From: Eubacteriales bacterium
GTDB lineage: Bacteria; Bacillota; Clostridia; Oscillospirales; CAG-382
Reading direction: 5' to 3'
Assembly (NCBI GenBank): GCA_045532495.1
Contig: JAZSGA010000040.1
Coordinates: forward strand, 1-51,811
DNA length: 51,811 bases
In this document: positions 1-8,793 of the stretch, piece by piece
How positions within the stretch are numbered: the stretch's first letter is position 1
How the letters are laid out: each line of letters begins with the position of its first letter
Notes under the pieces: model-generated
The model's input: the letters and a program-made list of their open reading frames with translations, nothing else
What the model was told of the DNA's origin: nothing
Database searches by the model: none
Translations under genes and position numbers: made by a program

Positions 1-156
1 GAGTTCTGTTTCGTTTTCATCCTGCAAAAGATGCCACAGATTCTGCAGCTGCGATGCAGGCATGGTATCCTCTGCCAAAACGCTTACGGGGATGCAGGAA
101 ATAACAAGCATCAGCGAAAGCAGCAGAGAAATGAGTTTTACTGATTTTGCTTTCAT
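1..156 (-). CDS. N-terminal fragment of a secreted protein (gene runs off the left edge)
   Basis: ATG at 156 (minus strand) is preceded by an AAAGGA SD. Translation MKAKSVKLISLLLSLMLVISCIPVSVLAEDT... is a typical signal peptide, and the frame stays open to position 1. Confidence 0.5.
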   Translation of the reverse strand, partial: MKAKSVKLISLLLSLMLVISCIPVSVLAEDTMPASQLQNLWHLLQDENETEL

Positions 157-285
157 ATCAAAACCGTCCTTTCTTTATTCCGCAAGTTATACTTGCGGTT
201 ATATAAATACATAATAATTATATATCAAAAACATTTATAAGTCAATAGTATAAACGAAATATGAATAATTTTTTCCGCATTTTTT

Positions 286-315
286 GAAAAAATCCCCCGT
301 GAGTTACACGGGGGA
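286..315 (-). terminator. Rho-independent terminator after the isomerase/epimerase gene
   Basis: 9-bp stem TCCCCCGTG/CACGGGGGA (293-301 and 307-315). On the minus strand it is followed by a U-run (complement of the A-run at 286-292), about 20 nt past the stop at 335. Confidence 0.6.
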
Positions 316-334
316 ACAAAAACAGGTGGCAAAA

Positions 335-1096
335 TTATGCAAGAAATGTTTTTCTGATGTAATCTGCGCTCATTTTTATGTGTTCAAGGTTGTTTTCGCC
401 GGGGCCTTCTTCCACAACCAGCCAATCGTGGGCACCGGAAGCCTTTACAACTCCGGGGATATCCACAATACCGCTGCCAACTGCTGTATCGTCCGCAGTA
501 TCGGGGCCGGTAAGCTTTTCGATATCACGCATATGGAGCACTGGTACGCGTCCGCTGTACTTCTTTGCAAACTCCACGGGATCAACGCCTGCAATAACGA
601 TATGACGGGGGTCAAGCTCCCAGAAAACGTTTTTGGGATCGCAGTTTTCAAGCAGGATATCGATAACGTATTTTCCGTTGATCTGCTTGAATTCGTGGCG
701 GTGGTTATGATATCCGAGAAGAATACCTGCTTCACGGAACATTTTGCCGAAATTGTCGATCTTTTTGGCAAAAGCAATCCAGTCCTGCTCATCCTTGCCG
801 TTGTAGGATGCAAAAGTAACGCTGTGTGCACCGATTTTTTTAGCGGTGGCAATAACATCTGCGGGGTTGTTTTCAAGGTTTTCCAGATTCATGTTATCCC
901 AACCCAGGTGAACGCCTGCAGTTTCAAGGTTGTTCTTTTTAAGTTCTTCAACAACCTCATCCGCGGAAAGACCGTAAAAGCCTGCAAATTCAACGCCGTC
1001 GTAGCCTGCATCTGCCGCATGCTTCATAACGGTGCGCAAGCCGTCCGGCTTATCCATTATACCTATAAGTGAAAAAAGCTGAAGTCCGAGTTTCAT
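335..1096 (-). CDS. Sugar phosphate isomerase/epimerase (xylose isomerase-like TIM barrel)
   Basis: 253-aa ORF with an AGGTAAT-type SD upstream. Sequence features match this family: ...AGYDGVEF..., GYHNH..EF, and WLVVE near the C-terminus. Confidence 0.8.
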   Translation of the reverse strand: MKLGLQLFSLIGIMDKPDGLRTVMKHAADAGYDGVEFAGFYGLSADEVVEELKKNNLETAGVHLGWDNMNLENLENNPADVIATAKKIGAHSVTFASYNGKDEQDWIAFAKKIDNFGKMFREAGILLGYHNHRHEFKQINGKYVIDILLENCDPKNVFWELDPRHIVIAGVDPVEFAKKYSGRVPVLHMRDIEKLTGPDTADDTAVGSGIVDIPGVVKASGAHDWLVVEEGPGENNLEHIKMSADYIRKTFLA

Positions 1097-1217
1097 ATTG
1101 AATTACCTCCGTAGCAAACTTATTTATTCACAATTTAACATAGAATAGAATTAAATTCTTGTGATATACTTTTACAGTTAATGAATATTTTGAAAATTAT
1201 GACATCGGGAGGCAAAA

Positions 1218-2438
1218 ATGAGCACTGCAACCCCAAAAAAGCACGGCAAACTGGTTCTTTTGTGCGTAGCCATATATTTTGTAAGCTATCTGACACGTAT
1301 AAACTATGCCGCCATAATAGTTGAGTTTGCCCAAAGCACGGGGCTTGGCGAAGAACAGGCATCCTTTGCACTTACGGGACTTGCCATATTTTACGGTTTG
1401 GGTCAGTTGTTAAGCGGTTATCTGGGCGACAGAATAAAGCCGCGAATACTCATATCCACAGGTCTTGCCACCACCGCAGTAATGAACTTCTGCCTGCCGC
1501 TGTGCACGGGCTCCGTTCCCCTGCTCACAACAGTATGGTGCATAAACGGTCTTGCCCAGGCAATGATGTGGCCGCCCATTGTAAGAACACTTACATTCTT
1601 CCTTTCGACAGATGAATACAAAAAGGCAAGCATAAAAGTAAGCTACGGATCCCAGGCGGCAACCATAAGCGTTTACCTGCTGGCACCCGTTTGCATAAAA
1701 TTTTCGGGCTGGCAGACACTATTTTATATTGCGTCCGTCTGCGCAGTTATAATGTCCGTTGTGGTGGCGCTTAAAATGCCCGATGTCGGAGAACCTGTGA
1801 GAAAATCCGTGCAGGCTCATCAAACGGATACCGCAAAGCAGCGTATTCCCCTTATCCTTTTCGGCACTGTGATGTTTGTTACTATGCTTCAGGGCATCAT
1901 GCGTGACGGTACCACAAACTGGCTGCCTTCCTACATAAAAAGCTCCTTTGGAGTATCCTCGGAAATTGCAATTCTGATCGGTGTGGCTCCTCCGTTGTTT
2001 ACTTTGGTGTGCTATGAAATCACCTCGTTTTTAACCCGCAAGGTGTTCAGAAACGAAATGATATGCGCCCTTTCCATTTTCGGTGTGGGTTTTGCGGCAT
2101 CCGCCGTGCTTTCGGTGTTCCACAATTCAAATATCGTACTTTCCGTGGTGCTTGGCACATTGGTTATCGGATGCATGCACGGTGTTAATGTTATAATGAC
2201 ATGCCTTTTGCCCAGGTATTTTGCAGGCACGGGAAAGGTTGCATTTATTTCAGGTCTGCTCAACTCCTGCACCTATGTGGGCAGTGCCATATCCGGCTAC
2301 GGTTTTGCGGCAGTTTCCGCAGGTCACGGTTGGGGCGGAACCATTGTGCTGTGGGCGGTTATATGCTTTATAGCGGCAATTATCTGCCTTTCGGTTGCAG
2401 GCAAATGGGAAAAATTTTCAAAAAAATCTGCGGAATGA
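1218..2438 (+). CDS. MFS transporter
   Basis: 406-aa ORF with about 12 hydrophobic segments. MFS loop motif GYLGDRIKPR lies between TM2 and TM3. A GGGAGG SD sits 7 nt before the ATG. Divergent from the isomerase gene. Confidence 0.85.
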   Translation: MSTATPKKHGKLVLLCVAIYFVSYLTRINYAAIIVEFAQSTGLGEEQASFALTGLAIFYGLGQLLSGYLGDRIKPRILISTGLATTAVMNFCLPLCTGSVPLLTTVWCINGLAQAMMWPPIVRTLTFFLSTDEYKKASIKVSYGSQAATISVYLLAPVCIKFSGWQTLFYIASVCAVIMSVVVALKMPDVGEPVRKSVQAHQTDTAKQRIPLILFGTVMFVTMLQGIMRDGTTNWLPSYIKSSFGVSSEIAILIGVAPPLFTLVCYEITSFLTRKVFRNEMICALSIFGVGFAASAVLSVFHNSNIVLSVVLGTLVIGCMHGVNVIMTCLLPRYFAGTGKVAFISGLLNSCTYVGSAISGYGFAAVSAGHGWGGTIVLWAVICFIAAIICLSVAGKWEKFSKKSAE

Positions 2439-2445
2439 TGTATAC

Positions 2446-2480
2446 AAAAAAAGAGCGATTCGGCTGAATCGCTCTTTTTT
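2446..2480. terminator. Bidirectional terminator between the MFS gene and clpX
   Basis: 10-bp stem AGAGCGATTC/GAATCGCTCT (2452-2461 and 2466-2475), flanked by an A-run on one side and a T-run on the other. Confidence 0.75.
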
Positions 2481-2492
2481 ATTGACTGTTTA

Positions 2493-3722
2493 TTATGCTT
2501 TTTTTATCATGTCAGAAGTAATAACAAGTTTTTTCATATCGGGATCCGACGGAGCATCGAACATGAGCTTTGTCATTATTTCTTCGGTTATGGCACGAAG
2601 GCCACGTGCACCGGTCTTGCGCTGTGCCGCAAGCTCGGCTATTGCCGAAAGAGCATCGTCATCAAACGAAAGCTCTATGCCATCCAGTTCAAACAGCTTT
2701 TTATACTGCTTTGTAAGCGCATTTTTGGGCTCTGTCAAAATGCGTTTTAAGGCGGCTGTATCAAGATTTGTAAGGCCTACGATCACCGGCATACGTCCCA
2801 CAAGCTCGGGGATTATTCCGTATTTAACAAGGTCCCTTGCCTGAATCTTTGATATGATGGATTCCTGCTCCTTTTCCTTTGAGGTGAGCACGGAAGCACC
2901 GTAACCTATGGTCTGTGTGCCCTTTACACGCTCGGAAATTATATCCTCAATACCGTCAAACGCACCGCCGCAAATAAACAGTATGTTTGATGTGTCGATC
3001 TCGATAAATTCCTGATTGGGGTGCTTTCTGCCGCCCTGGGGAGGAACGTTTGATACAGTTCCCTCAAGTATTTTGGGCAGTGCCTGCTGCACACCCTCGC
3101 CCGATACATCACGGGTTATGGAACGGTTTTCGCTGCGGCGTGATATCTTATCGATCTCATCCACATAAATTATGCCGCGTTCCGCCTTTTCAACGTCAAA
3201 ATCCGCCGCCTGGATAAGGCGCAGAAGAATGTTTTCCACATCCTCGCCCACATATCCTGCCTCGGTAAGCGTTGTGGCATCTGCTATGGCGAAGGGGACG
3301 TTGAGCATTTTGGCAAGAGTTTGTGCGAGCAGAGTTTTGCCCACACCCGTGGGGCCCAGCATAAGCACATTGCTTTTTTGAATTTCAACGCCGTCATCGG
3401 TGTCTTTCTGAAGTATTCTTTTGTAGTGATTGTAAACCGCAACGCACAAGGCGATCTTTGCATCGTCCTGACCAATAACGTGGCGGTCAAGTTCTTCCTT
3501 GAGCTGGCGCGGTTTGGGCAGGTTTTCAAGTTCAAGTTCGTCATCGCTGTCATCGCCGCGTTTTTTTGCAAGGTCGGCGGAGTATTCATCAAGAATATTA
3601 TCGCACAGCGCAACGCAGTTTGCACAGATGTTTATTCCGTTGGGACCCAAGATTATCCTTGAGGGATCATCCTCGTTCCTGCCGCAGAACGCACATCTGG
3701 GAATATTTTTATTATCGTCCAT
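2493..3722 (-). CDS. clpX: ATP-dependent Clp protease ATP-binding subunit ClpX
   Basis: 409 aa with an N-terminal C4 zinc finger (CAFCGR...CANCV), Walker A GPTGVGKT and Walker [10 protein letters not shown]. Located directly downstream of clpP. Confidence 0.97.
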   Translation of the reverse strand: MDDNKNIPRCAFCGRNEDDPSRIILGPNGINICANCVALCDNILDEYSADLAKKRGDDSDDELELENLPKPRQLKEELDRHVIGQDDAKIALCVAVYNHYKRILQKDTDDGVEIQKSNVLMLGPTGVGKTLLAQTLAKMLNVPFAIADATTLTEAGYVGEDVENILLRLIQAADFDVEKAERGIIYVDEIDKISRRSENRSITRDVSGEGVQQALPKILEGTVSNVPPQGGRKHPNQEFIEIDTSNILFICGGAFDGIEDIISERVKGTQTIGYGASVLTSKEKEQESIISKIQARDLVKYGIIPELVGRMPVIVGLTNLDTAALKRILTEPKNALTKQYKKLFELDGIELSFDDDALSAIAELAAQRKTGARGLRAITEEIMTKLMFDAPSDPDMKKLVITSDMIKKA

Positions 3723-3765
3723 TAATGTGACCGTGCCTTTCTGTTAAGCATGCTGGAGGGGAAAG

Positions 3766-4347
3766 TTATCTTTTTTCGATGACCTTATCCACAAGACCGT
3801 ATTCCATTGCTTCCTGTGCGGAAAGGAAATTATCACGGTCGGTATCTTTTTCGATTACTTCAAGAGGTTTGCCGGTTTTTTCGGCAAGGATCTTGTTAAG
3901 TGTTTCGCGGATCTTTATAATGCGGTCGGCGTGGATTTTTATATCCGAAGCCTGGCCCTGCATACCGCCAAGGGGCTGATGGATCATAATTTCGCTGTTG
4001 GGCAGTGCCAGACGTTTGCCCTTTGCGCCTGCCGCCAGCAAAAATGCACCCATACTTGCAGCCATGCCTATGCAGATGGTGGAAACATCGCACTTTATAA
4101 AGTTCATGGTGTCGTAAATTGCCATACCTGCGGTTATGGATCCGCCGGGGCTGTTGATGTAAAGGCAGATATCCTTTTCGGGATCCTTTGCTTCAAGATA
4201 AAGCATCTGAGCCACAACAAGCGATGCAGTTACATCGTTAACTTCATCGGCAAGAAATATTATGCGGTCATTTAAAAGTCTGGAATAAATGTCATAGGAG
4301 CGCTCTCCGCGACCTTCCTGTTCAACTACCATTGGTACAAGTGCCAT
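3766..4347 (-). CDS. clpP: ATP-dependent Clp protease proteolytic subunit ClpP
   Basis: 193 aa with [13 protein letters not shown], the catalytic Ser context GMAASMGA, and IMIHQP. Confidence 0.97.
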   Translation of the reverse strand: MALVPMVVEQEGRGERSYDIYSRLLNDRIIFLADEVNDVTASLVVAQMLYLEAKDPEKDICLYINSPGGSITAGMAIYDTMNFIKCDVSTICIGMAASMGAFLLAAGAKGKRLALPNSEIMIHQPLGGMQGQASDIKIHADRIIKIRETLNKILAEKTGKPLEVIEKDTDRDNFLSAQEAMEYGLVDKVIEKR

Positions 4348-4407
4348 AAATCAAATCTTCCTTTCTGTGTAAAAATGTTTTTGGCGTTTTTATTAACGCT
4401 TTGTGCC

Positions 4408-4429
4408 GTGACGTGAAAAAACACGTCAC
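4408..4429. promoter_or_regulatory. Perfect inverted repeat GTGACGTG-N6-CACGTCAC upstream of clpP (candidate operator)
   Basis: The two 8-bp arms are exact reverse complements separated by AAAAAA. The repeat lies about 60-80 nt upstream of the clpP start and has no adjacent U-tract on either strand. Confidence 0.35.
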
Positions 4430-4533
4430 ATTTTGAGGTATTTTGTCATTCAAACAGCAAATGCGAAACCGTGAAAACAATCAAGGCTTCGCATTTTTGC
4501 TGTGTTTTTTGTTTTGAATTAAAAACTCAGAAA

Positions 4534-6015
4534 TTATTCGGCATCAGCCTTTTTTGTTGTCTTTCTGGTTGTCTTTTTCTTGGGCTTTTCTTCGGTTTCA
4601 GCTTCTGCTGCGGGAGCTTCTTCGGTTTCAGCCTTTTTTGTTGTCTTTCTAGTTGTCTTCTTCTTGGGCTTTTCTTCGGTTTCTTCGGGCTTGCCGTTGA
4701 GGATGGTGTCAAGTTCTTCGCGTGTAACCTTCTTTTCTGTTACCTTTGCGGAGTTCTTAACAACTTCGAATGCCTTAAGTGTTGCAACTTCGCTCTTGAT
4801 ATCTTCAATGTCGATTCTTGCCTTAACGTCTTCAACCTTCATGTTGAATTCTGCAGCGAGTTCTGCGAATCTTGCTTCAACAGCTTCGTCATCGGCTACG
4901 ATGTTTTCTGCCTTAACGATTTCTGCAAGAGCAAGCTGCTTTTTAACGTTGGATACAGCCATCATGGCGTATCTTGCTCGAACATCTTCCATCTTCATGC
5001 CTGTGTACTGCATAAGCATTTCAAGGCTGAGGCCCTGCTGACGGAGATTCATATCGTATTCACGGACAAGGAGATCTGTTTCCTTTTCGTACATAACATC
5101 GGGAATTTCAGCTTCGATAGCTGTGCAGAGCTGTTCTGCGAGCTGTTCGCCAACTCTCATATCAGCTTCATCTGCGTTTCTCTTTTCTATTTTAGCCTTG
5201 ATATCCTTTTTGTATTCAGCTATTGTATCGAAATCGGAAGCATCCTTTGCAAATTCATCGTCAAGCACGGGGAGTTCTTCTTTTTCGATGGCGTTGATCT
5301 TGATCTTGAATACAGTTTCCTTGCCCTTGAGTTCTTCTGCGTGGTAATCTTCGGGGAAGGTTACGTTGATATCAAATTCTTCGCCTGCCTTGTGGCCGAT
5401 AAGCTGTTCTTCAAAGCCGGGGATAAACTGCTTGGAACCGATGGTGAGCTTGTGGCCTTCTGCCTTGCCGCCTTCGAATGCTGTGCCGTCGCAGAAGCCT
5501 TCGTAGTTGATATCTGCGATATCGCCGTCTTCAACAGCTCTGTCTTCAACTGTTACTGTGCGTGCATAGCGCTTCTGAACGTTTGCAAGCTCTGCATCAA
5601 CATCTGCATCGGTAACCTTTACATTGTACTTTGTAACTGCAAATCCCTTGTATTCGCCAAGCTTAACATCGGGACGTCTGATAAATTCAGCGGTAAGAAC
5701 AACGCCTTCTTCGGATTCAAAATCCACATCGGTGATGGAAGGAGTTTCAACGGGGGTGAAGCCTGTTTCTTTTATAGCAGCTTCCATGGTTTCGGGAAGA
5801 AGCTCGTTAAGTGCATCTTCATAGAAAACGCCCTTGCCGTAGAACTTTTCGATAATTCCGCGGGTAGCCTTGCCCTTTCTGAAGCCGGGAACAGTTATCT
5901 TCTTGACATTCTTCTTGAAAACGCCTGCAACAGCGGCTTCAAAAGCAGCCTTGTCGATTACAACTGTGAGCTGAACTTTGTTCTTTTCGGTTTCCTGAAA
6001 GTTCTTGAGATTCAT
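4534..6015 (-). CDS. tig: Trigger factor (with an unusual basic C-terminal tail)
   Basis: The longest ORF starts at 6078. The ATG at 6015 (MNLKNFQETEKNKVQL...) has an AAAGGAA SD and matches typical TF N-termini. The ribosome-binding signature GFRKGKA is present. Gene order is tig-clpP-clpX. Confidence 0.93.
   Translation of the reverse strand: MNLKNFQETEKNKVQLTVVIDKAAFEAAVAGVFKKNVKKITVPGFRKGKATRGIIEKFYGKGVFYEDALNELLPETMEAAIKETGFTPVETPSITDVDFESEEGVVLTAEFIRRPDVKLGEYKGFAVTKYNVKVTDADVDAELANVQKRYARTVTVEDRAVEDGDIADINYEGFCDGTAFEGGKAEGHKLTIGSKQFIPGFEEQLIGHKAGEEFDINVTFPEDYHAEELKGKETVFKIKINAIEKEELPVLDDEFAKDASDFDTIAEYKKDIKAKIEKRNADEADMRVGEQLAEQLCTAIEAEIPDVMYEKETDLLVREYDMNLRQQGLSLEMLMQYTGMKMEDVRARYAMMAVSNVKKQLALAEIVKAENIVADDEAVEARFAELAAEFNMKVEDVKARIDIEDIKSEVATLKAFEVVKNSAKVTEKKVTREELDTILNGKPEETEEKPKKKTTRKTTKKAETEEAPAAEAETEEKPKKKTTRKTTKKADAE
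4546..4683. repeat. In-frame duplication inside the tig 3' end
   Basis: 54-nt units at 4546-4599 and 4630-4683 differ at 2 positions and sit exactly 84 nt apart. Each encodes TEEKPKKKTTRKTTKKA. Confidence 0.85.
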
Positions 6016-6293
6016 TTTATGACCATTCCTTTCTTCGGAGCCGTGCACAAGCGCCCATCTCCGAAAGCCCTGCAACAAGCCGTTTTGCGCGGCGTGCGGA
6101 CAAAAATAAAATAATTACTTGGTTAAAAAATATGTAAAAACAAAGCAAAAGGATAATAATACCCCATACTTTATCCAATATATTTTACTAGATTTACAAA
6201 ATATGTCAAGTGTTTTTAGGTAAATTTTTGTCAATTTCAACTTTTAATATAATATACAGTCGAAAAAGCGCCTTATTTTTGTACAGTTTGCAC

Positions 6294-6944
6294 TTATTCC
6301 ACAAGCTGCGGAACAAAGTTGACATAATCGCAGGCAACAAGATTGAGTTTTATGCCAATGTATTCCTTATCCAACTGTTCGGGGCGAACGTTGTGCAGAT
6401 GACCGAAATAAACCCGTTCTATTCCGTAGCGGTAAAGGATATCCAGTATATCAAGATTCATAAATTCACCAAACAGCGGCGGATAATGCAAAAACACCAC
6501 AATTTCGTGATTTGGGTATTGCTCTTTGAGTTTTTCTCCCTCTTTAAGCGAAAGTTCAAGACGCTGGGCCTCGCGGCGGATAATCCTTTCGTCCTCGGTT
6601 TTTACTCCGAATTCATTTACCCAGCCCCTTGTGCCGCAGATTATTTTACCCTCGGCGGCATAGGCGTTATTGAAAAGGAACTCGATATTGTCAAGCTTTT
6701 TTTCGTTTTTGAAATTGGTGAGCTTGTTCATGGTTGCCCACCAGTAATCATGGTTGCCCTTACCTATTATTTTTTTGCCGGGCAGATCGTTTATAAATTT
6801 AAGATCCTCGTATGCCTCTTCAAAGCTGCTGCCCCAGGATATATCGCCGGGGATAACAACGGTGTCGTTATCTGTTACGGTTTTTTTCCATTCCTCCGCA
6901 AGCTTTTCGGCGTGGTTATCCCAACGGCTGCCAAAAATATCCAT
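6294..6944 (-). CDS. Metallophosphoesterase (calcineurin-like); true start probably upstream at 6995
   Basis: The 216-aa ORF from the first ATG carries GDISW and GNHDYWW motifs. The conserved N-terminal D-x-H motif (YTISDPHL) is in frame upstream of that ATG. Confidence 0.8.
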   Translation of the reverse strand: MDIFGSRWDNHAEKLAEEWKKTVTDNDTVVIPGDISWGSSFEEAYEDLKFINDLPGKKIIGKGNHDYWWATMNKLTNFKNEKKLDNIEFLFNNAYAAEGKIICGTRGWVNEFGVKTEDERIIRREAQRLELSLKEGEKLKEQYPNHEIVVFLHYPPLFGEFMNLDILDILYRYGIERVYFGHLHNVRPEQLDKEYIGIKLNLVACDYVNFVPQLVE

Positions 6945-7076
6945 AGGCTTATCGGTGGAAAAGGAAAGATGGGGATCTGAGATTGTATAAAGAATAAAAA
7001 ATCTTCCTTTCTCGGTATAAAATCCTGCCGCAGGCGGATAATAAACCCGTAATATTCCTTAAAGGAGGTAACCTTA

Positions 7077-7283
7077 ATGAGCAAAAAAGGCGGTTTTTTT
7101 GACAATTCCCTTTTAGGTTCCGATGTACCGGACCACATCAAGGGGATATCCTGCAATGTAAAAAACTGCATTTACCATGACGGTGATTCTTACTGTACCG
7201 CATCACGCATAAGCGTGGGACCAAGCTTTGCAACGGCATGCACGGATACGGTATGCGCCACATTCAAGGCAAAGAGTTTTTAA
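7077..7283 (+). CDS. DUF1540 domain-containing small Cys-rich protein
   Basis: 68 aa with a strong SD (AAAGGAGG). The duplicated Cys pattern C-x-V-x-x-C-x-Y...C and TAC...VCATF is typical of DUF1540. Confidence 0.75.
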   Translation: MSKKGGFFDNSLLGSDVPDHIKGISCNVKNCIYHDGDSYCTASRISVGPSFATACTDTVCATFKAKSF

Positions 7284-7287
7284 AGCT

Positions 7288-8793
7288 TTATTTTGCCGAA
7301 ACAAAATCCTTTGCCGCACAAAGCAGTTCTTCCTTTGTTCTGCCCACAGAGCCCGAAAAACGAACCTTTGCGCTGCGTAAAGCATCAAGGGGTGCGGGAA
7401 CTGCGGTTTTTGTAAGCTCGGAAAGCTCATAAATAACCTCGAAACCGGGGTTCTGAGGCTGTTTGCCAAGTGAACGAAGTACATCGGCGGCAAACTTATA
7501 GGGGGATGCGGTGGAGGCGGTGAGAATCTTTACGTTCCTGCCGCTTGCCGCATTGCTCTTTTCCGCAGACTGAGCCGCATAAACTGCACATGCAGTATGG
7601 GGATCGATAAGGTAGTTATAATTATCAAACACATTTTTAATGGTTTTTGCCGTGTTTTCTTCGGAGCAGTAGTCTGCCGCAAAGTTTGCTTTGATCTCGT
7701 CAAGCACATCTGCCTCTACGGCATATTTTCCGTTTTCGGAAAGAGCTTTCATATAGGCTGTGCAGCGTTCGGGACCTGCAATTACATACAAAAGTCGCTC
7801 AAGATTGGAGGATATGAGAATATCCATGGAAGGCGACATGGTGGTATAAAAGCTGCGGTTGCGATCATATACGCCGGTGGTAAGGAAATCGGTGAGAATG
7901 TTGTTGCTGTTGGAGGCACAGATAAGCTTGCCTACATAAAGTCCCATGCGTTTTGCAATGTATGCGGCAAAAATGTTGCCGAAATTACCCGTGGGAACAA
8001 CGATATCTATTTCTTCGCCAAGCTTTATATCACCGCTGTTTACAAGGTCGCAGTAGGCTGAAAAATAGTACACTATCTGGGGAGCAAGTCTGCCCCAGTT
8101 TATGGAGTTTGCGCTGGAAAGGAAATAGCCTTGATTATCGAGCTCCTGTGCAAAATCCTTATCGGAGAATATCATTTTTACGCCGGTCTGGGCATCGTCA
8201 AAATTGCCTTTGATTGCGCATACGTTTACATTGTTGCCGTCCTGAGAAGTCATCTGAAGCTTCTGCATTGCAGAAACACCGTCTTCGGGATAAAACACGG
8301 TAATTTTAACGCCGTCTACGTTTTTGTAGCCCTCAAGCGCCGCCTTGCCGGTATCGCCGGAGGTGGCAACAAGAATATAAGCTGTGCGGTTTTCGCCCGT
8401 CTTTTTAAGTGCCGCCGAAAGAAGTCGGGGCATTATCTGAAGCGCCATATCCTTGAAGGCGCAGGTGGGACCGTGCCACAGTTCAAGCACGCGGTGGGTT
8501 TCGCCCAGGGAATATACGGGTGCCGCTCCGCCGATAAATTTATCGGATGCATATGCCGCACCGGCAAATGCCAGCAGCTCGTCATAGCTGTAATCATCCA
8601 GGAATTTTGAAAGGATAACCGCCGCACGGCTGTTGTAATCAAGACCGCACAGTGCGGATATGTCGTCAGCCCCCATGGCAGGGAAGCTTTCGGGCATGAA
8701 AAGTCCGCCGTCTGCCGCAATGCCCTGTTTTATAGCCTGGGCTGCGCTTACGGGTGTGGATTTTTTAACATCTCTTGTGCTAAAGTACTTCAT
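7288..8793 (-). CDS. thrC: Threonine synthase
   Basis: 501 aa with the PLP-lysine motif GPTCAFKDMALQ and the long-form ThrC layout. Its start overlaps the stop of the upstream dipeptidase gene (ATGA). Confidence 0.93.
   Translation of the reverse strand: MKYFSTRDVKKSTPVSAAQAIKQGIAADGGLFMPESFPAMGADDISALCGLDYNSRAAVILSKFLDDYSYDELLAFAGAAYASDKFIGGAAPVYSLGETHRVLELWHGPTCAFKDMALQIMPRLLSAALKKTGENRTAYILVATSGDTGKAALEGYKNVDGVKITVFYPEDGVSAMQKLQMTSQDGNNVNVCAIKGNFDDAQTGVKMIFSDKDFAQELDNQGYFLSSANSINWGRLAPQIVYYFSAYCDLVNSGDIKLGEEIDIVVPTGNFGNIFAAYIAKRMGLYVGKLICASNSNNILTDFLTTGVYDRNRSFYTTMSPSMDILISSNLERLLYVIAGPERCTAYMKALSENGKYAVEADVLDEIKANFAADYCSEENTAKTIKNVFDNYNYLIDPHTACAVYAAQSAEKSNAASGRNVKILTASTASPYKFAADVLRSLGKQPQNPGFEVIYELSELTKTAVPAPLDALRSAKVRFSGSVGRTKEELLCAAKDFVSAK

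Noticed and set aside
6016-6078. Upstream extensions of longest ORFs: tig to 6078, recA to 29153, ARH to 21748, SLH protein to 24450, FolT-like to 24504, DUF1015 to 48003, TIGR03936 to 33055
   Set aside because: In each case an internal ATG has a proper SD and yields the family-typical N-terminus or a signal peptide. The extensions lack SDs and overlap promoters, a riboswitch or the upstream gene.
4471-6114. 547-aa plus-strand ORF overlapping tig
   Set aside because: It is antisense to trigger factor, Phe/Cys/Leu-rich and low complexity, with no SD. It is a shadow ORF.
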